From Amoebidium appalachense (Eukaryota; Protista; Ichthyosporea), in assembly GCA_963693365.1 (NCBI GenBank), contig CAVNZM010000008.1, positions 6,830,830 through 6,894,829 on the forward strand: a stretch of 64,000 nucleotides of DNA, read 5' to 3'. The notes under the pieces were generated by a model that worked only from the letters and a program-made list of their open reading frames with translations, ran no database searches and was not told the origin of the DNA. The position numbers and the translations under genes were made by a program. Below, piece after piece: positions 57,701 to 64,000 of the stretch. Position 1 is the stretch's first letter. Every line of letters begins with the position of its first letter.

Positions 57701-60641
57701 CCCACGAAGATGCCCTTGACGGCACGAGGCGCCAGTTTCGGTGTATCCTGTTGATGGACGTAGCAGGGAGAGCCCCAGACACGGAGCCGGCTGTAGTCGG
57801 GAGGAATGCCGGTCCACAGCAGGGCGGGAGACGATTGGCTGCCGGTGGCTCGCGACGGGAGCATGTTGCGTATAAAAGCCGCGGTCACAGCTGCCTCGGC
57901 CCAGAATCCCACCGGAAGGCCGGACTGCTGCAGGAGTGCCCGAACCATGTCGAGGAGGGTCCGGTTCAGTCGTTCGGCAGTCCCATTCTGTTGAGGAGAG
58001 CCGGTGGTAGTGATCTGATGGCGAATGCCGTGCTCACGGTTGTAGTCCCCGAAGGCCGTGCCCATGTACTCGCCCCCCCCGTCGGACTGAAACACCTGCA
58101 TGGGAACACCGTGTTGGGTAACCGCCGCCTTGTGGTACGTCACATATGCAGCCAGTGTGTCCGACTTCTTGACGAGGGGCACGGCCGTGGTGTGGCCGGT
58201 GAAGTCGTCGTGGAACGTCGCCAAGTACTGAGCACCACCGATCGCGGGAGGGAAGGGGCCGCTGATGTCGCTGTGAACCTTGGCTAGGACCCGGGGAGCT
58301 TGGCTGGTTGATTCGGAGAAGGCAACACGGTGGGCTTTGCCGAGGGCACAGGGCTCACACACACCCGGAGACTTGGCACCGCCACCCACCAACAGGCCTG
58401 CAGACTTGATGACCGAGCGTACAGCGTCAATGCCAGCATGGCCCAGACGGTAGTGCCACGTGTTGAGGTCGGCAGTAACCTTGAGGATACGCGGAGCAGT
58501 GGTGGTTTGGGCGTCCGGGGTTGTGTCCGCGCGCAGAAGAGACACCGCCATGTGGTACAGCTTGGTGCCGACAGCCGAGCCGGTGGCCAGAATTTGATCG
58601 CCGTAGCACAACTTAACGCCGCCGCGGGTGTCAAAGCGGGGTAAAACGCCGTTGGTAGATGCCGTGAACACACTGATGAAAGTGTCGGGGATGGAGGGCA
58701 CGTAGAGTACATCCGTCAGCTGATGCACCGCAGTAACGCAGTCGATGGTGCTGGAAAAGAACACGTCGCCCACCCCAAGCACTGCACATGCACCCTTGTC
58801 GGCTACTTGGACCGTGGAGTAAGGCGCCGCACGCATGTTGACGAACACATCGGGCCGGGGGCACACATGGTCAGTGGCTCCAGAGTCGAGGAGCACCTTG
58901 TTGGTGCCACAGTCGTTGCTAGACATGAGGAAAGCCCGGGGAGCAGCAGCCCCCCCCTTGCACTGTGCCGTAGTGTGGGTAGTAGAGGCAGGGTGGTTGA
59001 TGCAGGACCCAGGCGGGAGGGGACCACCCTTAGGTTTGCGGCCGTTGGCACGGTTGCCCCCCTTGCACATGGCGGTAGTGTGACTGGTAGACAGTGGGTG
59101 GTTGACGCAGGAACCCTTGGGGTAGGTGCTGGCACGGTTGTTGCCAGAGTTGCTGTGTTGGCCGTTGCCGTTGGGGCACTGAGACTTGATGTGGCCTGGT
59201 TTGCCGCAGCCGTGGCAGATGACAGGTTGAGGAGCCCGTGTGGTGAAGGCGGCCGGCCCGGAGCTGGTAGTCACACGTGCACGTGGGTGGCTGGTCTCAT
59301 ATGCCCGTAGCTGTTGGAGGAGGCCCATTACGGTAGGCTTGGGTGTCATCTTGTAGGCAATGACAGGCATTTCGTAGTAAGGCACCTTGCCGAGGTCGTT
59401 GGTGAGCTTGGTCAGCACTTGAGCATCACCAATTTGTGTGCCGTAATCGGCCAGGCGCCGCACGTAGCCGCGGAGCTTCATGGCGTATTTCGTCGCGGTG
59501 TCCGTAGGTTCAGGCGTAGAATTCATGTACAGTCCGATAAGGTCGTACTGATTGGCCTCAGATTGCTCCAGGTAGTGGGCAGATAGGGCCGACCATATCT
59601 CCGCAGGTGTGGTGGTGCGTGTTAACCCTAGGATACAACGCACGTCAACCGAGAGTGCTTGCCACAGGTAGGAACGGGCAGTGTCGACCTGTTCACGGGT
59701 AGCCGGGTGCTCCGTACTGGGCGCGATGGTGTGGAGAAGACCAGCACCAGAAAGCTGGACATACATGGTTTCGGCCCATGTGTGGTAGTCCGTGCCTGAA
59801 TCATTATCAATGCCAGTGAAGAGAGGGATGTCGACCTTGAACTTGATGGAATCATTACGTGAGGGGCCCATAACCCTGTTGGACATCGTGTTCATAGAAG
59901 CTAGTTCTAGTGCACGTTGTTCCTTCTGTAAGTCAGAAATGATTGCATCTTGTGAGGCCAACCTCTGCTCCAGTAGTTGGACTAGTTGCTGCAACTGTAA
60001 GTTGTCAGACATAGTGTCGTGTATGATGGGTAACTTGTCTATGTGTTTTGTGCACTGAAAACGACAGTAGAAAAGTGTAAATCAAACGTTCTGCTTCCCA
60101 TGTTTGTGACATGGGAGGCACTGCTTTATATAGTCGTTGGCCACCTCATGGTGGCCTCGTGTGCACCCTGGTGGTGGGCCATGTACAGCATGGCCGAAAA
60201 GAGAGCACAATGAAAACAAGTCGTTAAAGATATAAAAGTTAACTGTGCACGTTGAGTGGCTAGTTAACTTGCACTAAAGCACACAAATAAACGTGTTTAA
60301 CACACCAATTGCAGTTAAACGTAAATCTTACTTCACACAACTAAAAATATTCTGAGAATATCCGGGAATAAAGTACACTACCACTCTAAGAATAGAATCC
60401 TGTGGCAAATATAGACATGACATCATCTGAACCGGGAATATTAATTAATGAGCACAATTAGCACGTTGCTAGTGAAGCTCGTCATTGGTACAGTTTTGGC
60501 TCAAACATATAACTACCATATATGAATATGACCGTAAACAAAAGCTCTATGCACTCGAGTGAGTGGTGAAACAATTATTCAATTGCTCAGAAACTTTCTC
60601 TAACAGACATTGCTAGCCGGGAGTACCAGTGTACTCCAACA
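54764..60641 (-). mobile_element. Full-length Ty1/Copia LTR retrotransposon, Hemivirus-like
   Basis: 765-bp LTRs at 54764-55528 and 59877-60641 (one mismatch seen, 55461 vs 60574), TSD GTCAG, PBS GGGTTATGGGCCC at 59876-59864, PPT ..AATTGAGTAGGGG, and a single gag-pol ORF. Confidence 0.97.
55714..60012 (-). CDS. Copia Gag-Pol polyprotein (1432 aa): gag, Zn knuckles, protease, integrase, RT, RNase H
   Basis: CHGCGKPGHIKSQC; LLDSGATDH; WHYRLGH..CEPC; VHSDISGP..SDGGGEY..QNGTAERLNRTL; FKARLVARG..LYGLKQAPRQW..YVDD; YSDSDYA..SSTEAEF..TKHIDVRY..ADMFTKAL. The integrase-before-RT order is Copia-type. Confidence 0.97.
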   Translation of the reverse strand: MSDNLQLQQLVQLLEQRLASQDAIISDLQKEQRALELASMNTMSNRVMGPSRNDSIKFKVDIPLFTGIDNDSGTDYHTWAETMYVQLSGAGLLHTIAPSTEHPATREQVDTARSYLWQALSVDVRCILGLTRTTTPAEIWSALSAHYLEQSEANQYDLIGLYMNSTPEPTDTATKYAMKLRGYVRRLADYGTQIGDAQVLTKLTNDLGKVPYYEMPVIAYKMTPKPTVMGLLQQLRAYETSHPRARVTTSSGPAAFTTRAPQPVICHGCGKPGHIKSQCPNGNGQHSNSGNNRASTYPKGSCVNHPLSTSHTTAMCKGGNRANGRKPKGGPLPPGSCINHPASTTHTTAQCKGGAAAPRAFLMSSNDCGTNKVLLDSGATDHVCPRPDVFVNMRAAPYSTVQVADKGACAVLGVGDVFFSSTIDCVTAVHQLTDVLYVPSIPDTFISVFTASTNGVLPRFDTRGGVKLCYGDQILATGSAVGTKLYHMAVSLLRADTTPDAQTTTAPRILKVTADLNTWHYRLGHAGIDAVRSVIKSAGLLVGGGAKSPGVCEPCALGKAHRVAFSESTSQAPRVLAKVHSDISGPFPPAIGGAQYLATFHDDFTGHTTAVPLVKKSDTLAAYVTYHKAAVTQHGVPMQVFQSDGGGEYMGTAFGDYNREHGIRHQITTTGSPQQNGTAERLNRTLLDMVRALLQQSGLPVGFWAEAAVTAAFIRNMLPSRATGSQSSPALLWTGIPPDYSRLRVWGSPCYVHQQDTPKLAPRAVKGIFVGYPPNIKGYKVWIPAAHKMTVSRDVQFDEAAILHPLRDVPSDWSTAPAIHHFLESSDSSNQPANHIVRNDQQSDSSRLSANGTAPSDQLDIPILPEPAHRLPRTTRSGAVYNDQRRGPTANVAAATAPLASQATAPASTPIKASTIVVPKTVRAALKSPQRLKWEEAAHHELKALEDNGTFTLVPRPEDGSTVIPVGWVFTVKQDNVGNVTAFKARLVARGNYQQPGQDYFVTESPVAALATIRLVLATSVAQGLPLRHIDVNTAFLNGTVNETIYIEQPPGFVNPSAPHAVGLLHKALYGLKQAPRQWYEALRDHLLDQGFIVSAADPCLFIKNAGTPTFIALAAYVDDFTVTAATDALIDDFFTKLDARFSAKDLGRPTLLIGHTLTWLEDGSLRLGHRQHIIDLAARFRLTHMSGTKTPIVPGQASESNKTPAHSKKEDYASLVGALLWIARTTRPDISQALGVLTRHIHAPTVTHWTMATRVVSYLLATIDLGIVYRPGPPTLVGYSDSDYAEDRDTRRSTTGYVFFINSSPVSWVSRLQSITTHSSTEAEFVAMSAATNEAIWLNYVMDDLGLNPINEPTPVPIHGDNESARALLDTLGVKPKTKHIDVRYCSVKEHHLLGNITVVPVASADNKADMFTKALSASFFTKAVGMLNMC

Positions 60642-60987
60642 GTCAGGGGATATGGAAGGGGGAGAAGGGACGCGCATGGCGAGGTGGGAGGGGAAGAAGA
60701 GGGTCGGAAGGAGGGGGTGTGGGATATGTGTGTATGGGCGGGGGGGGGGGGGGGGGGGGGGGGTTGCACGTACGGCAGGGATTAATGTTGCAGGGCGAGT
60801 AGGCCAGGTTTGAGCCGTCACATGTACAGGGCAAGCCCCCGTACTGGGGGGGTGGCTGTGTGCACGTGTGGGTGCGCACGGCAAGGCCCCCCCCACACGT
60901 GGCATTGCACGGGCCCTCGGGGCTCCACACGCTCCAGCCTCCGTTGACGGCTGCATGTGGGTGGGCGTGAGTTGGGGTTGAAGTTGT

Positions 60988-61018
<31 letters not shown>

Positions 61019-61605
61019 GGGGGGGGGGAGGTACCAGATCGGGAGAGGGCCGGGCTGGGAGGGGAGGGCATAGGGGGGGGAACATAGAACAAACGACCCA
61101 GGTATTTACTAGAAGTGACAGTGTTGCAAGAGGGGTGTGTGCCATAGGGCAGCGTGTGGGATTGGAAAAGAGCGGCAGGACGCAGTGTCAAAGTGATGGT
61201 GTGGGGTGACTGGCAGATGGCAAAGGAGGATAGGTGTGGTGTGTGTGCATGTATGGTATGTATGACATGTGTGGTATGGGTGGTGTTGGGGGGGGGGGGG
61301 GGGGGGGGGGGGAAGGCAAGAGGGGTGGGAGGGAGGTTTGGGAAAGGGGAGAATGGGGGGTTTGGGAACGGGGGGAGGGGGGGGGGGGGGATAGGGTTGC
61401 ACGTACGGCAGGGGTCAGTGCTGCATGGCGAGTAGGCCAGGTTTGAGCCGTCACAGGGCAAGCCCCCATACTGGGGGGGTGGCTGTATGCACGTACGGGT
61501 GCGCACGGCAAGGCCTCCCGCACACGTGGCATTGCACGGGCCCTCGGGGCTCCACACGCTCCAGCCCCCGTTGACGGCTGCAAGTGGGTGGGCGTGAGTT
61601 GGGGA

Positions 61606-61708
<103 letters not shown>

Positions 61709-62947
61709 GAGGGGGGGGGGGGGGGGGAGGGGTGCACATGAAGACAGCAAACGGGCAGAGCAAGGGATGTGTGTGGGTTGATGATAGGGAGGAAGAAGGG
61801 ACATGTGAAAATTGTTACAGTAAAGGGGAAAGGGTGTGATATGAAAAGAAATAAGGAGGGATTGATATGAAAAGACAAAGGTAGAATGCAATATGTCCAG
61901 GGTGATGTTTCAAACTGATAATGTTTTATCGTTCTCCTGTTGTAGCAGAAGGAGAGGGTGGCATGTGTGGTATGTGTGGTATGTGTGGTATGTGGGGCAT
62001 GGGGCACGTACGGCACGGGGTTGTGTTGCAGGGGTTGGTCACTGTGGCCGGGCCGTTGCAGATGGCTCCCCCCCAGGCAGGCGCCGGGTGTGTGCATGTG
62101 CGGCTGCGTGTCTGCGTGCCCCCCCCCACGTGTGGCGCTGCACACGGTTGCCTGCCCCCAATCGCTCCAGCCCCCGTTGATGTGGTCGGGCCGCGCTGCA
62201 CAGACAGTCAGTGGATATGTGTGCATGTGTGGGGGATAGATGGGCCGTGTGTTGTGATGGTCGGTGGATATGCGTGCATGTTATAGGCAAGTGGTATTGT
62301 CAGAACGTAGTTGCGAAACTTTTAAGCGTGGATCTGTTTGCGGCCTGTAGTGGATGTGTGATTGTGTGGCGGAGAGATAGACAAGAGCATGTACGGTGTA
62401 CTTAGGTAAGTACGGTTGACATGTGGGAAGGATAGTTTGAAACAGCAGATGAAACGTCTGTTCTGGATCTGTGGGGGATCGTGCTAGGCAGTGGCCATGC
62501 ACCGTGCTTATCTCCCGCTTCAAGGGTGTGCTTTGTGCACCAAGTAACTCTGTGTGCAGGCAGGGGACCATCAGAGGACATGTGCGGATGTGGACGGGGG
62601 GGCTGGGGGCCATACGGCAGGCCTGGGTGTTGCAGGCGAGTGGTGGCCGGGCCGGCACAGGGCTTGCCTCCGTACTTGGGGGCCGGGTTGGTGCAGCTGC
62701 GGCTGGCTGGCCGCACACCGCCCCCACACGATTTGCTGCAGCTGCCCGTGGCAACCCACTCAGCCCAGTTGCCGTTGATTGCTGCGGGGTTCAGCGTCAG
62801 ATGGATGCTAGCTGTGGTGGCTTGCTTGGATGGGCAGCAGGCCGCCGGGGGGCGTGCTGGGGAGTAGGGAGGAACGTAGAGATTTGGGAGTGCAGTGGCT
62901 GTACTGAAAATGGATTGTCGGTGTCATGGTGGGGATGGAGGGGAACT

Positions 62948-63517
62948 GGGCGACTATACCGTACCCAAATACCCAAACCCAAACCCAGATTTTAAACCCA
63001 GATGTCACGCATGCGGCATGAACGCCGCTTCGCACCACGCCTATGAAGAAACAAAGAATATATACTATAATAAAGCATTATAAAACATACAAATATTAAT
63101 GTTACTTAATAAGATAATATTTTTAGGCCGAAATTATACCAGAAATATGCTTAACATCTTAGTTCTTGGCGTTTTCTTGCTTCATCTTGTTGTCGCTGAA
63201 GATTTGGGTTTGGGTTTGGGAATCTGGAAGACCCCCCCCCCCCCCCCTCCCCCCCTTCTAGATTCCTATCCCAAACCCAGTTTTTGAACCGTGAAACCCA
63301 AATTACCTCCCTTATTTGCAAAAGATGTGCTATCAAAGAGGCGCTTTTCTTATAACATTTAGGTGCTCGATGGTGATCTATGTATGGCATATCCGACCAG
63401 ACGATGATTGGTAGCAGATTGAAACGCAATATTCGCTATCCAATCGACCGTCAATACTAATATTAAATCTAGGAATCTGGGTTTAGGTTCGGGTATTTGG
63501 GTGAGGTATAGTCGCCC
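62948..63517. mobile_element. 570-bp MITE, PIF/Harbinger (Tourist)-like
   Basis: About 43-bp imperfect TIRs (GGGCGACTATACCGTACCCAAATACCCAAACCCAAACCCAGATT and its near reverse complement), 3-bp TSD ACT, AT-rich non-coding interior. Confidence 0.85.
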
Positions 63518-64000
63518 ACTGGCTGTGCAGCAAACAAACGGAAGACTGGGTGGTGTGGCTGGGGGGTAGGGGTGTGGTGGGTTGGGTTGGGAGGTGGTCA
63601 GGGGTGTGTGTGGGGTTTGTGACTGGCTGGGGGGTGTGTGGTTGACTCACGGCACGGGGCGGTGTTGCAGGGCTGGGTGGTGCGGGCTATTCCCGGGCAG
63701 GTGGCGCCGCCGTAGGCGGGGGCCGGGTTGGTGCACGTGTGGGTCAGCGTCCGCACGCCACTGCCACAGGGCTTGCTGCATTGCACCCACGGTCCATGCG
63801 CTCCACCCGCCATTACGCTTGGCTGGGGGGGGGGGGGGGGGGGGGGAGTCAGTCGGTTTGTTTTTTTGGTGAGGGGAAAGGGGGGAGGGGAGGGGGGGCT
63901 GAGGTAGAGTAGACAAAGCCATTACTGATGGAATAAAAAGGTTGGGCAGGCAAGTGCTCAAATCAGTAGTGATGTTGGTGAGGGCGGGAATACTATGTGA

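Noticed and set aside
62012-63822. Three +1 frameshifts compensating to restore the TSP1 ORF
   Set aside because: The shifted frame meets TGA early in exon 62781-62616.

Overview
Intron-rich eukaryotic DNA, with introns full of (CA)n/(GT)n and poly-C/G tracts. A Mondo/ChREBP-type bHLH-ZIP gene together with an intron-containing pantothenate synthetase suggests a non-animal holozoan, possibly ichthyosporean-like (inference). Host genes assembled by eye from GT-AG exons: the 3' part of a probable SAD/BRSK-like kinase (+, 1-9196); a cytochrome P450 lacking its I-helix exon (-, 11597-17467); a Mondo/ChREBP-like factor retaining several glucose-sensing MCR boxes (-, ~18964-34017); panC/PAN6 (+, 35887-43523), head-to-head with the Mondo-like gene; and a frameshifted TSP1-repeat/PAN-like gene (-, 46336 to at least 63822). 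The introns of the TSP1 gene hold a nest of young elements: an Ngaro-type tyrosine-recombinase retrotransposon (47553-53395, split direct repeats A1..B1-A2-B2) whose RNase H is interrupted by a 1.2-kb non-coding LTR element (TRIM, 50061-51286); an intact Copia (54764-60641); and a Harbinger-like MITE (62948-63517). The TRIM and the Copia share a half-tRNA-iMet primer site, LTR ends and PPT, suggesting a parasite/helper pair. Almost all long ORFs in the supplied track are microsatellite artefacts.
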